Sequence record: NC_016571.1
DNA: 64,000 nt
Direction: 5' to 3' (one strand)
Under the pieces are notes generated by a model that made no database searches, had not been told where the DNA came from, and saw only the letters and a program-made list of their open reading frames with translations. This document shows, piece by piece, positions 28,707 through 39,018 of this stretch; within the stretch, counting starts at the first letter, position 1, and every line of letters starts with the position of its first letter. Made by a program: the position numbers and the translations under genes.

Positions 28707-29392
28707 AACTCCCTTTATTTGTAAAGTCAGTATCTCTAAGCTTCTGTACTCCAGAACTTACTAATTCATTCAAAGCCCAAGCTAGAGATTGGGTAAGTTC
28801 AAATAAGTTAGGATATTCCAATGCGTTAAGTTTAGCTTTAAACTACCTGGATAAGTGGGATGGTCTCGAACCTGTAATGCCAGCTCTCGATGACGGGTCG
28901 TACGTTCGCATTCAATTTATCACGGGTCCGGATGGCCGTGGTTTTAAAATGGATACTTTTGGTATTCGTTTCGTAGTGTTCCCTGGCTCACCATCAGATG
29001 AATTTTCTCACTATCCGTCTCTACCAGGTAAGCTTGTAGATTTGTTGGTAACAATGCTGACCCCGGATATTAAGTTCTCGGTATTTGATAAAGAACTAAC
29101 GGTATCGAATAACGTCAGCACTAGCCCTTACGATCTCTATAACCCGATCAAGATTTCTCAATCGGAACTCCCGCATATTGGATCTCTTCCAACCACCCAT
29201 ACGCTGAAATTTATCAAGAACCGTGAGGGGATCGAAATTGGGATATCGTCTGGTTCTCTCAAATACATGATGGTCCCACTCGAGTTGTTTGAGAATATGA
29301 CCAGCAAGCTTGCTGAAGACAATAGTTATAATCCAGATGTTAACGTCGGATTAACCTTAATCAAAGATTTTAAAGAGGCTATCGATGAGTAA
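28703..29392 (+). CDS. hypothetical protein
   Basis: 229 aa, coupled. Confidence 0.7.
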   Translation: MKLPLFVKSVSLSFCTPELTNSFKAQARDWVSSNKLGYSNALSLALNYLDKWDGLEPVMPALDDGSYVRIQFITGPDGRGFKMDTFGIRFVVFPGSPSDEFSHYPSLPGKLVDLLVTMLTPDIKFSVFDKELTVSNNVSTSPYDLYNPIKISQSELPHIGSLPTTHTLKFIKNREGIEIGISSGSLKYMMVPLELFENMTSKLAEDNSYNPDVNVGLTLIKDFKEAIDE

Positions 29393-29855
29393 TTCAATTC
29401 TCGAAATTAACCTGATCCATGACCAGTCAATTGAAAAGGAAGTTGCCAAACAGGCACTTGCTAATCGTGACTTCTCCGTAGTTAAAGATATCATCGTTAA
29501 CAGTGACACTGTCATACTTAACTTTGAACAGAGTAATGAACTGAAGCGTTTGGTGCTGGAAGCTCTCCGTAAAGTTACTGCACCTAAAGAGGAAGATCCT
29601 TTTCTTCTTGCTGACCAGGTCTACCATTATCTCCTGACTCTTTACTCTGTTCGTGAGAACCCGGACAAAACCGAAATCAAATTTTCCAGTTGGTTGGCGA
29701 TTCAATATCCGGAGATTGGTGGACTTGCAGAAGTTATTGCAAGTAATAACATCCAAAGCTATAGCAATTTCGCTTTAGATGCCATGGCCAAAGTAGAAGG
29801 ACTTACCCGTGATCGTTGGTTACAAAAAGTGAGGGAAACCTGGGGTGGGAAATAA
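29385..29855 (+). CDS. hypothetical protein
   Basis: 156 aa, coupled. Confidence 0.7.
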   Translation: MSNSILEINLIHDQSIEKEVAKQALANRDFSVVKDIIVNSDTVILNFEQSNELKRLVLEALRKVTAPKEEDPFLLADQVYHYLLTLYSVRENPDKTEIKFSSWLAIQYPEIGGLAEVIASNNIQSYSNFALDAMAKVEGLTRDRWLQKVRETWGGK

Positions 29856-30318
29856 AACTAACGGCCACTATGAGGTGATAGACGAATCCAACATAGATGA
29901 GTTCTATTACAAACACTTCGGCGAAACCCATAGACGTTTCTATTGGCGATGGTGGATGGTTATCAAGTGGTTCTTTCAGGACCTACCTGATAAACTCCCT
30001 AAGCGTAATAAAGAAACTATGCAGTTTCTCCATCTCGATATCCAGCAACTGAAATACTATACCAAACAGTTTACATTTACCCGGCGTAGTTTGCGGTATG
30101 TTGGTAAAGATGGTCAGCTCTGGGAACGCAAGTTTAAGATATGGATTGGGTACTCCGATATTGAGCTAATGGAATTACCCAACTCACCTCCCAAGCTTGT
30201 TAAAGGACCTAAGGGACCAAGGACTTATAAACTCGCTGTCCACCATGGTAGTCACTATACCTGGTTCGGTTTAAAGCGAAGTAAGACCTGGAGACTCAGG
30301 TTAGGATTTATATTCTAA
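29845..30318 (+). CDS. hypothetical protein
   Basis: 157 aa, GTG start, terminator downstream. Confidence 0.65.
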   Translation: MGNKTNGHYEVIDESNIDEFYYKHFGETHRRFYWRWWMVIKWFFQDLPDKLPKRNKETMQFLHLDIQQLKYYTKQFTFTRRSLRYVGKDGQLWERKFKIWIGYSDIELMELPNSPPKLVKGPKGPRTYKLAVHHGSHYTWFGLKRSKTWRLRLGFIF

Positions 30319-30322
30319 CATT

Positions 30323-30354
30323 ACCCTACTCTACCCATGTGGGTAGAGTAGGGT
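30323..30354 (+). terminator. intrinsic terminator
   Basis: ACCCTACTCTACCC-ATGT-GGGTAGAGTAGGGT followed by T-rich sequence. Confidence 0.75.
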
Positions 30355-30394
30355 TTATCATTATTAACTTTTTTATCTGTATAAATTAACAAAC

Positions 30395-30412
30395 CGATAT
30401 TATCCTAGTGTA
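30395..30412 (+). promoter_or_regulatory. putative early promoter
   Basis: AAATTAAC-N4-CGATATTATCCTAGTGTA. Confidence 0.5.
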
Positions 30413-31095
30413 TGACAAACATAAATTTTATTAAGGAATCTAGTATGATGAAGTTATGTGGTAAAACTATTCCTGAGTTTGCGGAACAGATTAAGAAATT
30501 CCTGGTTGAGGCTGTGGATAAGCCAAACGGGGAACATGCCTGGACCATTGGTGATGATTCCACATTGCCTATCTATATCGATGTTCAGCGCAACGAAGCA
30601 TCTCGCATGGCTCACATCTATATTAAGATCGGGTTAGTCCATTTGGCTAGCGGCTCAGCACATTTCTCTACTGATAAAGGTAAACATAAAAACCTTCCAT
30701 CTCAGTTGAAAGTAATTGGAGAAATGATCGACGATAATATCTGGAAAACCGTCAACATCATCCTCTTTGCTGACTCTGGTTTGTCTAACGGACTTCGTGA
30801 GTTGTTCGAATCAGGTGATGTCGATCACGTCGAATCTTCTTTGTACGGGATCCGTCTGAAGTATAACAAAGAAGAAGACTCTCAACGTTTGCTGATTAGT
30901 AATCTTGATGATCAGCCAATCTATGCCATTGAAGAAGCCATCGTCCCTAACTTGGGTATCGGGTTGACTAGCCAGAATGATCTAAAGGATAAAATCTTTT
31001 ATACCTGCCTGGGTATGATCCAACAACCGACATTCGAATTTGACGGGGAGTTGTACAGTGCCCATTCCAAAGAAACATCACGAGCGGATTCATAA
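30412..31095 (+). CDS. hypothetical protein
   Basis: ORF; the start may be a downstream ATG after an AAGGA RBS. Confidence 0.65.
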   Translation: MTNINFIKESSMMKLCGKTIPEFAEQIKKFLVEAVDKPNGEHAWTIGDDSTLPIYIDVQRNEASRMAHIYIKIGLVHLASGSAHFSTDKGKHKNLPSQLKVIGEMIDDNIWKTVNIILFADSGLSNGLRELFESGDVDHVESSLYGIRLKYNKEEDSQRLLISNLDDQPIYAIEEAIVPNLGIGLTSQNDLKDKIFYTCLGMIQQPTFEFDGELYSAHSKETSRADS

Positions 31096-31378
31096 GTTTA
31101 CTGAAATCTGCTTAGGTAAAGTAACTCGGGAAGAAACAGAACGTGTATTCTTCCTAAGAGGTAGGTTAGATAATAATTACACCATTGCTTTATATAGCAC
31201 TGGTTTATTACCCCAAGGTAATGATGACACTATTGAAATATCCGGTGACTGTAACGACAAGTCCATAGGGAAATTCTACATTACCGGTGAATCATTAGCC
31301 TCCCATAAACTCGATGACAAACTTGTTAAAGATGTAGCCCAAGCTTTCATCAAACTCAAGATCAAGGAAATAAAATGA
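31040..31378 (+). CDS. hypothetical protein
   Basis: ORF filling the operon; start uncertain. Confidence 0.5.
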   Translation: MTGSCTVPIPKKHHERIHKFTEICLGKVTREETERVFFLRGRLDNNYTIALYSTGLLPQGNDDTIEISGDCNDKSIGKFYITGESLASHKLDDKLVKDVAQAFIKLKIKEIK

Positions 31379-32061
31379 AGCCAGTTCATTATACCGTCGG
31401 TGCTATCAATAAACTCCAGCCACAGTTCCGGGCGATGTTGGGTAAGCTCATGATTCATATGGTTCAGCTGGATCCAATTACCCACACTGAGCAAGACTGG
31501 AATTATGACATCGATGGTAATACGTTTACCTGGAAAATTAGAAAGAACCCAGCGCGGACCATTCTTAAACATTTGGATGAAGCTATTCCAGGAAGTACAA
31601 CTGCCTTGACAGCAGTCATCTATCTTAATGGTAGCCATTACGTGATGAGTACCGATTTTACCGATCATGAAGATCCTGGTACAACTATCACAGTAGAGAT
31701 CTTGGATAAGATCACTGAGCTGTTCACCAGCTATGTTATTACCCGCATGGTCCGTCGTTGGTATGTTGAGGAAGGTATGCAGGAACGCATACATGACCGC
31801 GCCGATGCTGGTGACTGGTCGTATATCCATGAACACTGTGAAGGGCATATCACTGGGTTCTACGACACCAAAGGTTATAGCGTGATCGTCGAGTCAGAAG
31901 GACAGACCATCGCCGAAGATACTCACTACAACCAGTTTGGTAAAGAAAATCCAACTAACACCAATAAAGAAATTTATAAACGTTATCTGAATGAAGCGAT
32001 CTGCTTCTTACTGGCTGGCGAGTATATCTTTAAAGGTCGCATCTCGGCGCCCATCATCTAA
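31375..32061 (+). CDS. hypothetical protein
   Basis: 228 aa, AAGGA RBS. Confidence 0.7.
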   Translation: MKPVHYTVGAINKLQPQFRAMLGKLMIHMVQLDPITHTEQDWNYDIDGNTFTWKIRKNPARTILKHLDEAIPGSTTALTAVIYLNGSHYVMSTDFTDHEDPGTTITVEILDKITELFTSYVITRMVRRWYVEEGMQERIHDRADAGDWSYIHEHCEGHITGFYDTKGYSVIVESEGQTIAEDTHYNQFGKENPTNTNKEIYKRYLNEAICFLLAGEYIFKGRISAPII

Positions 32062-32096
32062 TTTTCATTTAACCACTTTGTAACAGGACTATAGAA

Positions 32097-32423
32097 ATGA
32101 CTACCGCTATTGCATTAAGCGCACAACTGAATGACAACAAAATCTCCCGTCTGGTTTCCAAAGCTTGTAAGTTGTTGACAGACACCGAAGGTAAAGTCGG
32201 TTCCTCAATTAACTTCATTGCCAACGATGCCAATGTCACTACCACTCTCTGGGGATTCAACTCCTCTCGTACCAACCTGGTGGTGGAAGTAGCGATCAAT
32301 AAAGTTGTTATTGAGAAGTTGCATTTCGTTCGGCCACATGGCGGGGACATGTTCTCTCAGAAACATAAGTGCGGGTTTGCTTTCCTTTACAAATTAAAGA
32401 CTGGTCAGCAATTCGCTAAATGA
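32097..32423 (+). CDS. hypothetical protein
   Basis: 108 aa, AGGA RBS. Confidence 0.7.
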   Translation: MTTAIALSAQLNDNKISRLVSKACKLLTDTEGKVGSSINFIANDANVTTTLWGFNSSRTNLVVEVAINKVVIEKLHFVRPHGGDMFSQKHKCGFAFLYKLKTGQQFAK

Positions 32424-32444
32424 TAAACCCTACAGCCAGAGCTC

Positions 32445-32762
32445 GTGCTCACCGTCACTCCGAAAAACTATGTAAGGGATAACGGAATGTTATCCCCACA
32501 TCCTCGGAGAAACCTTATGCAACGTACTCGTGCTTATCGTCGTTACAAACTGCAAGTGAAGAAAGTGAAAGTATCCCGTTACTGGAATGCCGGTGTATGG
32601 AGGATTGGCGGATGCCAAAGGCAAACAGATAAGGCGGTGATTGGCCGAGTGGCGAATACACCAAAAGCCTGTGGTTGCTGGATGTGCGCTAATGCCCGCC
32701 AAGTTTTCGGTGAACCATTTGCAGACGTACGTCGTAAACAACTTTACGTAGATCAGGAGTAA
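32445..32762 (+). CDS. small basic protein with CxCxxC motif
   Basis: TPKACGCWMCANAR; start uncertain. Confidence 0.6.
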   Translation: MLTVTPKNYVRDNGMLSPHPRRNLMQRTRAYRRYKLQVKKVKVSRYWNAGVWRIGGCQRQTDKAVIGRVANTPKACGCWMCANARQVFGEPFADVRRKQLYVDQE

Positions 32763-32767
32763 TAAAT

Positions 32768-33223
32768 ATGCAGCGATTCGAATTTACTGTTAAAAAGAAT
32801 GTCCTTGTCATTGACGACCTGGAAACAGGCGGGTCGCTGCGTATTAACTGTCGCCCACTGAGTAAACCATCTATCTCCCCGGTACTCGAAGCGTGGAATG
32901 ATTTAGAACATGCAATTGAACACAACGAGTTATTCCTGTCACTTCACGGGATTAACACAATTACCGAAAGACGTGGGTTCAATCTGAAAGGGTCCGTGAC
33001 ACTTAAGTCATCACACCTTTATGATCCCACAGTCTATGACAGCTCTATCACAATGACTTCGATAAGAGCTAAGTCAACTATTCTCAACTCTGAGTTAAGT
33101 TCATTAGGTCTTACCCACTTCGGTAATGTCACCTTTAATGAATGCAATCTCAAGAGCACACCTATTGTTATACCTCGCAAGGGAAACCAAAGCGTGGTGT
33201 ATTATCAGAATGAACTAATATAG
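32768..33223 (+). CDS. hypothetical protein (paralog of the next gene)
   Basis: 151 aa, AGGAG RBS. Confidence 0.7.
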   Translation: MQRFEFTVKKNVLVIDDLETGGSLRINCRPLSKPSISPVLEAWNDLEHAIEHNELFLSLHGINTITERRGFNLKGSVTLKSSHLYDPTVYDSSITMTSIRAKSTILNSELSSLGLTHFGNVTFNECNLKSTPIVIPRKGNQSVVYYQNELI

Positions 33224-33233
33224 AGGATTCATT

Positions 33234-33740
33234 ATGTCACGTTTTAAAACCGAATTAGACACTGTTAAACGTACAATCACTATCACTGGTGATGAAAACG
33301 ACGGAACCTTGGTTATCCGTCAGCAATGTTATCCTGGTTACTTCGATAACGAAAGTGAATGTGATCGATTAGTCGAATATGCGAACGATCTTCAGGGAGA
33401 TTTGAATGAAGGTCGTATTGCGTTACAACTGGTTGGCGAAAACAGTATCGTGTTCACTGACAATAATTTCCCAGTGATGGACAGCGGTATCTATCTTAAG
33501 TCATCTGATCTTTCAAATCCAAGACTCAGTAACGTTCACCTTACTTTCTTTGATGCGGTGTGTTCTGAAGAATGTATCGTTACTAATTCCACCATATCTG
33601 ATTTTGAATGGCCCCATGGTAACAAGATCCATCTGTCTCACTGCTTCATTAACCAAAAGTATAATGAAGTGACTTCTCGTATGAGTTACTCTCTGAACGA
33701 ATGGCATTTGAATCAACGTGTCGATGGCGAGATGTGGTAA
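33234..33740 (+). CDS. hypothetical protein (paralog of the previous gene)
   Basis: 168 aa, GAGGA RBS. Confidence 0.7.
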   Translation: MSRFKTELDTVKRTITITGDENDGTLVIRQQCYPGYFDNESECDRLVEYANDLQGDLNEGRIALQLVGENSIVFTDNNFPVMDSGIYLKSSDLSNPRLSNVHLTFFDAVCSEECIVTNSTISDFEWPHGNKIHLSHCFINQKYNEVTSRMSYSLNEWHLNQRVDGEMW

Positions 33741-34126
33741 TGAACCTCATTCCTAAAACAAACTACATTCCAGAGTGTTCAGCAGAATTGCTGAACGCCT
33801 GGATTAAATACGACGGATTAGCCGAACCTTATACTCCCACCAAAATGATGATGGCTAGAGAGTTCTACGCTTATCCTGATCCAGGGTATGTTGTCCCTAT
33901 GGAGAAGAAGCCAAATCGCCGGTTATCTAATCCTAAAACACTGACCATGCATTTCTTAAACTTCCTTGATGAAAACTTACTCCAGTTAGGGTATCCGTAT
34001 TTCTTCATGGAAGATTTCCCATACAAGTGCTTGAACATGGTTCAGGTACTCCACGAAATGAATCTCATCGTTGGTTATGATATCGACGAGAATGGATTCG
34101 TAACTTATGATGAAGAAGGTATCTAA
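33740..34126 (+). CDS. hypothetical protein
   Basis: ATG 33740 overlaps the TAA of the upstream gene. Confidence 0.65.
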   Translation: MNLIPKTNYIPECSAELLNAWIKYDGLAEPYTPTKMMMAREFYAYPDPGYVVPMEKKPNRRLSNPKTLTMHFLNFLDENLLQLGYPYFFMEDFPYKCLNMVQVLHEMNLIVGYDIDENGFVTYDEEGI

Positions 34127-36280
34127 ATGAAGATCTTTAATGTGGAAACACTGACCAAAGAAATTATCGGTAAACTGGTTACTCGTGATGATTCCAAAGA
34201 CTGGCAGGATCATGGCGGTAAGGATGGGGAATTACTCCAGCGTATTACCCGTAACTTCAAAATGGTTGAAACTGCATACATGCAAGACCAGACTGACGAA
34301 GAACGTTACAATGCAATCCATAAAGCATTCCGTCTGGGGATGTATGGGGTTCTGGTGGATATGTGGAAAGAGTTAGCTCTCATGGCTAACGGTGATTTCA
34401 ATATCCTGCGCAAATGGGCGCTTGCCTATTATGTAAATGCCGCTGCGGTAGGCGTTTGTTTAAATGGGACTGAACCTTTCCTGCAATTCCCAGAAGAACT
34501 TAAACTGAGCGCCCAGCACCACCTGTCCAAAAATGCTCAGACACTTACCAAATGTCTTGAAGCTCTGCGCCGTTCATTTGCGAGTATGACTCGTGAAACC
34601 AATTGCCTGGTCACCAAAGAACGTGCCCAAGTAGAAATCTTCAAACTACTGAAAGCCAACCCTCTGATCCAGGAAACCTTCCTCAGTGAAGTATTGATCG
34701 AATCTGTATTTAATAAGATCAAAGAAGGTAATAGTGCGGTTATTCGTACTAGCCTGATGACCAACATCTTTAACCTGTTAATTGCAGGTGAGAATATAGA
34801 ACCACTGACAGAAAAAGAACGCTTCAATTTCATTAAGTCAGAAATTCATCGGACTGGTTTCTTCATTTTTAAAAATGAAGATGAATTGAATGCATTCGCT
34901 AAATGGGCTGACGAAAATAACGTCTATCCTGATAATATCGAAATGGTTGTACACGCATCGGAAATCGATCCGACAAAACAGAACATCATGTTCGTACCTG
35001 GTAGCATAACCATTCCTACTAAAACCGAAATTAGGGTTCTGTTAGAAGAAGAGTTGGATTATTCCGGATTACAAGCATTGGGCGCGAGTGCAGATATTCT
35101 CCGTGTCATCGACCCTAACTTTAAACAAAAGGAAGAAGCTGTGAAACAAGAATCATATATTCAGTTCATGGGTACAGATCACCTGGTTGGCGGTGTTGAG
35201 CGCCATGGTTCTGAACAAGAAGAAGTTAATGTCATTCTTCAAGCCATGCAACCTGAGGCACGTAAAGATCGCAAGTTCTTTGTTTCATACATCCACCGTT
35301 CTGAACATCAGCGCACACTTACTGCGATGTTCTTAACCGCAGAGAACATGAAGACTATGGATACCCTTGATCCTCGTCATCGTTCTCTGGTCCTGGACCG
35401 TGCGATTGATATGCGCTTGGGTACATTGTCCCAACTCGAAAGCATCTTTGATGTCATGGGTGCTAAAGGTAAAGCCATTCCGCCGTCAGCTAATTCCATT
35501 TACAAGGGTACTGAACCTACCCGCAATGTAGCCGACAACATTATCGGTATTAACCCAATTAAAACAGAAGAACCTACCACGATGAAACAACCTAAATCCC
35601 GTATTGAAAATCTTCAGAAAGCGCTGGAAGAAATTCTGACAGTGCGTGCTAAAGCTCAGTTCCCTGGTGCCCCAGAAGACACCATCAGAAAAATTGTTTC
35701 TGAATCGAGCAAGGTACTTGGTGTAGGAACAACAATTGAGAAATTGCTATCCGATAACATGATCAAACCCCAGAATGCAGAAGGGGTTGATTACTCCAAG
35801 TTAGATTTCGCTTCACTGTTCTCTAACCTTACCCAAGCCGGATCCCCATCTTCAATGGATCCATTTACCCCAGCTCTAGGTACGCTTTACAACACACCTA
35901 TTAACTTCCATACAGGTAGTCCTACCCCAACAGGCGCAAGCATGTACGCTAAGGAACAAGCTCGCCCAGCTAAAATTAGTCGGGTTCTGACTAATGAAGA
36001 AATTACCGTAGAAGGTCATGGTGTCTTCAAGATCTCTCGTGAAATTCCGACTAACCAGCTGAGCATCATCTTTGTAGACACTAACGGTAACTACGGCACC
36101 CAGTTAGTACAGGGCTGTTATAACGATATCGATACCAACTACATCATCGAAATGTTGTACGCGGGTATTGAAGCTGGACATCCTCACAAATCAGTTCTGT
36201 TGGCTGTACAGCGTCTTACTCCGCCAACCTTTAATGGCGGATACGGATTCGGTACTCAACCTGGTTACTCTTCTTATTAA
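34127..36280 (+). CDS. large hypothetical protein
   Basis: 717 aa ORF. Confidence 0.75.
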   Translation: MKIFNVETLTKEIIGKLVTRDDSKDWQDHGGKDGELLQRITRNFKMVETAYMQDQTDEERYNAIHKAFRLGMYGVLVDMWKELALMANGDFNILRKWALAYYVNAAAVGVCLNGTEPFLQFPEELKLSAQHHLSKNAQTLTKCLEALRRSFASMTRETNCLVTKERAQVEIFKLLKANPLIQETFLSEVLIESVFNKIKEGNSAVIRTSLMTNIFNLLIAGENIEPLTEKERFNFIKSEIHRTGFFIFKNEDELNAFAKWADENNVYPDNIEMVVHASEIDPTKQNIMFVPGSITIPTKTEIRVLLEEELDYSGLQALGASADILRVIDPNFKQKEEAVKQESYIQFMGTDHLVGGVERHGSEQEEVNVILQAMQPEARKDRKFFVSYIHRSEHQRTLTAMFLTAENMKTMDTLDPRHRSLVLDRAIDMRLGTLSQLESIFDVMGAKGKAIPPSANSIYKGTEPTRNVADNIIGINPIKTEEPTTMKQPKSRIENLQKALEEILTVRAKAQFPGAPEDTIRKIVSESSKVLGVGTTIEKLLSDNMIKPQNAEGVDYSKLDFASLFSNLTQAGSPSSMDPFTPALGTLYNTPINFHTGSPTPTGASMYAKEQARPAKISRVLTNEEITVEGHGVFKISREIPTNQLSIIFVDTNGNYGTQLVQGCYNDIDTNYIIEMLYAGIEAGHPHKSVLLAVQRLTPPTFNGGYGFGTQPGYSSY

Positions 36281-36300
36281 TAGCGTATAAACATTAAGTA

Positions 36301-36332
36301 AACTCTAGGTACCCAATTGGGTACCTAGAGTT
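36301..36332. terminator. perfect 32-bp palindrome, probable terminator
   Basis: AACTCTAGGTACCCAATTGGGTACCTAGAGTT then a T-rich tract. Confidence 0.7.
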
Positions 36333-36370
36333 CTTATTCTTTTATTTTCTTTTGGGTATAAATTTTCAGA

Positions 36371-36390
36371 CAAATATTATCGGCATGTAT
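36371..36390 (+). promoter_or_regulatory. putative early promoter
   Basis: CAGACAAATATTATCGGCATGTA. Confidence 0.45.
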
Positions 36391-36407
36391 AAGTATAGGA
36401 GTTTAAC

Positions 36408-36854
36408 ATGAACGAAAGGGTTAACTATTTAGTATACCTATTGGCTGGGATGTTTGAACAGGTAGTTAAAGCCAAACTGAATCAGCATCGTAGATTGTAC
36501 AAAGATGGTCGTTGGCATGAACATCCGATGTTCCCATACTTCACCTTGGGTATCCAGCAAATAGAGGCTACAGATTACACCGGCAATCTGGAACATTACT
36601 ATACGGTTTGTGCTCGTACCAGAACTACCAAATATCCAGTCGATGTCATGGACTTCGTTGTTTGTGATGAACTAATCCAAGTCAGATACAGCGGGATTGA
36701 ATTACCAATCTGTGCAGTGGATGGTACAATGATCATCAGTCCTGAGCAGTTTAATAGAATTTTCACTGTGGCAATTGAGTCCAACCTAGATTTGATGGAA
36801 GCACTCAAGAATCACAAAGGGGGTCCACATGAAGCTAAGTCGACTGGTAAGTGA
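36408..36854 (+). CDS. hypothetical protein
   Basis: 148 aa, AGGAG RBS. Confidence 0.7.
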   Translation: MNERVNYLVYLLAGMFEQVVKAKLNQHRRLYKDGRWHEHPMFPYFTLGIQQIEATDYTGNLEHYYTVCARTRTTKYPVDVMDFVVCDELIQVRYSGIELPICAVDGTMIISPEQFNRIFTVAIESNLDLMEALKNHKGGPHEAKSTGK

Positions 36855-37215
36855 GATCCTTAATGACGCAGCATTCCAAAGGCAACCAAAACCTTATAAG
36901 AATGTTTACTTCATAAAGGCACTCAATCCCGGCGACGGAAAAAGCATGTTTGTCAGTTTCCGTTTCAAGACGAGCAAGAATGAAGTTCTCGTTGCTCATG
37001 CAGAAATCGATCTTGATAAACCAAGTAAGAATGTTTCCGTTGGTGTAAGTTACTTGTGGCCGATAAAAAGAGAATCGATAACGTTCTTCCGTAAACGTCA
37101 ACAAGTATTACACAAGTCAATCCCAGAGATACTACAACAAGTAGTGGCTCCATTAATCATAGCAACAATCGAAAAGGTAGAAAATTATTATGTCACAGAC
37201 TCAAGCAATCATTGA
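36829..37215 (+). CDS. hypothetical protein
   Basis: 128 aa, overlapping. Confidence 0.65.
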   Translation: MKLSRLVSEILNDAAFQRQPKPYKNVYFIKALNPGDGKSMFVSFRFKTSKNEVLVAHAEIDLDKPSKNVSVGVSYLWPIKRESITFFRKRQQVLHKSIPEILQQVVAPLIIATIEKVENYYVTDSSNH

Positions 37216-37585
37216 TTTCGCTACCCTGAAAGTAACAGGCATCTGTACCGAGCTGAAAGGCAAGCAGATTCCTAACTGGTGGAAAATGGGTGATGTTCAA
37301 GGATTCGGATTCAAAGTAACTGAAGGTGAACTGAATTTCCAAATCGGTGCGGCGATCTACCCAGTAGAAGAAGCGGGCGAAGGCAACTTCTTGATCAAGA
37401 TGAATTCGTGCTTCCTTTCTAACCCTGTACGTAAACAAGGTTACGAATTGCTTCAAGTTCCTCTCGGTGCTGTGCTGGAATTAGATTTCCCGATTTACGC
37501 TGAACACGAACAAGAGCTCATGGATGGCGTACTTCAACTTATTTCCGACGAAGCAGAGAACATTCTGTGTCGGATACTCCAATAA
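37190..37585 (+). CDS. hypothetical protein
   Basis: 131 aa. Confidence 0.7.
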   Translation: MSQTQAIIDFATLKVTGICTELKGKQIPNWWKMGDVQGFGFKVTEGELNFQIGAAIYPVEEAGEGNFLIKMNSCFLSNPVRKQGYELLQVPLGAVLELDFPIYAEHEQELMDGVLQLISDEAENILCRILQ

Positions 37586-37727
37586 GCTCACAGAAACGAT
37601 TCTACTGAGTTTAATTAAGTAATACTAAGATGTGTATCATGTAGGTACATAAAGACCATAGAGATCGTTTAAAGGGCTTTATGGTTTAACCGACGTTTTC
37701 AATCAATCTCAATCAAGGATATTTGTA

Positions 37728-38684
37728 ATGAAAGATTTTAACATCTATGCAGTTGGCGGTGCAGGTATCAACGTAGTTAACCGTTTCCTGGGTGAAGGTA
37801 AAAATGGCAAGTTTGTTAAGCAGGTAGTTGGTATCGATACTTCTGATGCTAACCCTGTCGAAGAAGGTCTGTATCCGCTGGAGCGTTTGGAAGGTGCAGA
37901 AGGCTCCGGTGGTAACAAGAAAACCCACGGTGACAAATTCCCTGACTTCGCAAAACAACTGCTGGCCAAATACGAGCCAAACAAACTGAACATCGTCATC
38001 TTCTCCACCGGCGGTGGTACTGGTGCAGGTCTGGGCCCATATCTGGTTCGTAACATGCTCCAACGCAAAATCCCAGTTCTGACTCTGGTAGTTGGTGACA
38101 TCTCAACCATTAACGAACAGAACAACACAGTGAGTACTCTGGGTTCTCTGTTCAACCAGACCAAGCTCGGTTCTTCAGTACTGTTCTCTTATCTGGAAAA
38201 CCGTCCTGAACTGTCTCAGGGTCAGGTTAACCAATCAGCAGTTGGGCGTCTGGATAATGCGATCATGTTCTTCAACCTGTTGAACGAACGTATCGACTAT
38301 GCCGACATCATCAACTTCTTCTTCTACAACCACATCGTGGATGCTGATCCAATTCTGACTCAGTTGACCTTCCTGACTGAAACTGAACTGCCTCAGTACG
38401 ATCGTAAAGCTGTAGCGGCAATCAGCCTGTATCCGAACATCGACGATATCAAAGTCCCGTTCGAAAACATGTTGTATCGTAAGGCTGGTCTGTTCGGTTC
38501 TGATTTCCATGGTTTCACTACTGCCGTTCATGCAGTTCTGGATCACGGTAACACGATCGACAGCCTGAAAGAAATGATCGCTGATAAAGATAAGAAAGCA
38601 AATCAGCTGTCTGGGCAATTCCGTAACAAGGACACTAACCTGTTCGAAACTACTGGTGCAGCAGACGACGACGGCATGATGTAA
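37728..38684 (+). CDS. phuZ: PhuZ phage tubulin
   Basis: VGGAGINV, GSGG and STGGGTGAG tubulin/FtsZ signature; acidic C-terminal tail. Confidence 0.95.
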   Translation: MKDFNIYAVGGAGINVVNRFLGEGKNGKFVKQVVGIDTSDANPVEEGLYPLERLEGAEGSGGNKKTHGDKFPDFAKQLLAKYEPNKLNIVIFSTGGGTGAGLGPYLVRNMLQRKIPVLTLVVGDISTINEQNNTVSTLGSLFNQTKLGSSVLFSYLENRPELSQGQVNQSAVGRLDNAIMFFNLLNERIDYADIINFFFYNHIVDADPILTQLTFLTETELPQYDRKAVAAISLYPNIDDIKVPFENMLYRKAGLFGSDFHGFTTAVHAVLDHGNTIDSLKEMIADKDKKANQLSGQFRNKDTNLFETTGAADDDGMM

Positions 38685-38693
38685 TAACCGGAG

Positions 38694-38715
38694 GCCCTAG
38701 GGAATTCCCTAGGGC
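38694..38715. terminator. perfect 22-bp palindrome after phuZ
   Basis: GCCCTAGGGAATTCCCTAGGGC then TTT. Confidence 0.6.
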
Positions 38716-38727
38716 TTTAAAGGGCTT

Positions 38728-39015
38728 ATGCGAATTTTATTTAATCTAGCAAGCTACCGCACTACTTTCAATGTCCTATCTCAAAATGATGTAGGCGTTG
38801 CAGAATCTATTCTTACTAAGGTATGTTTGGATAACGGGTTCCCAGTAAAACCTGGGTTCTTTGACCGTAATCTATCTTTCAATCACACAGCAGTTTATGA
38901 ACAAATTCGCGAATGTGTAGAAGAGAGACTGTTCCTTATCCCCACACCGGATATCGCGGAACTGAACCATCTTGGTAACCTTCAATTTTCACTCACTTTA
39001 CAAAATCGGGAATGA
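38728..39015 (+). CDS. hypothetical protein
   Basis: 95 aa in the core block after phuZ. Confidence 0.6.
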   Translation: MRILFNLASYRTTFNVLSQNDVGVAESILTKVCLDNGFPVKPGFFDRNLSFNHTAVYEQIRECVEERLFLIPTPDIAELNHLGNLQFSLTLQNRE

Positions 39016-39018
39016 CAC

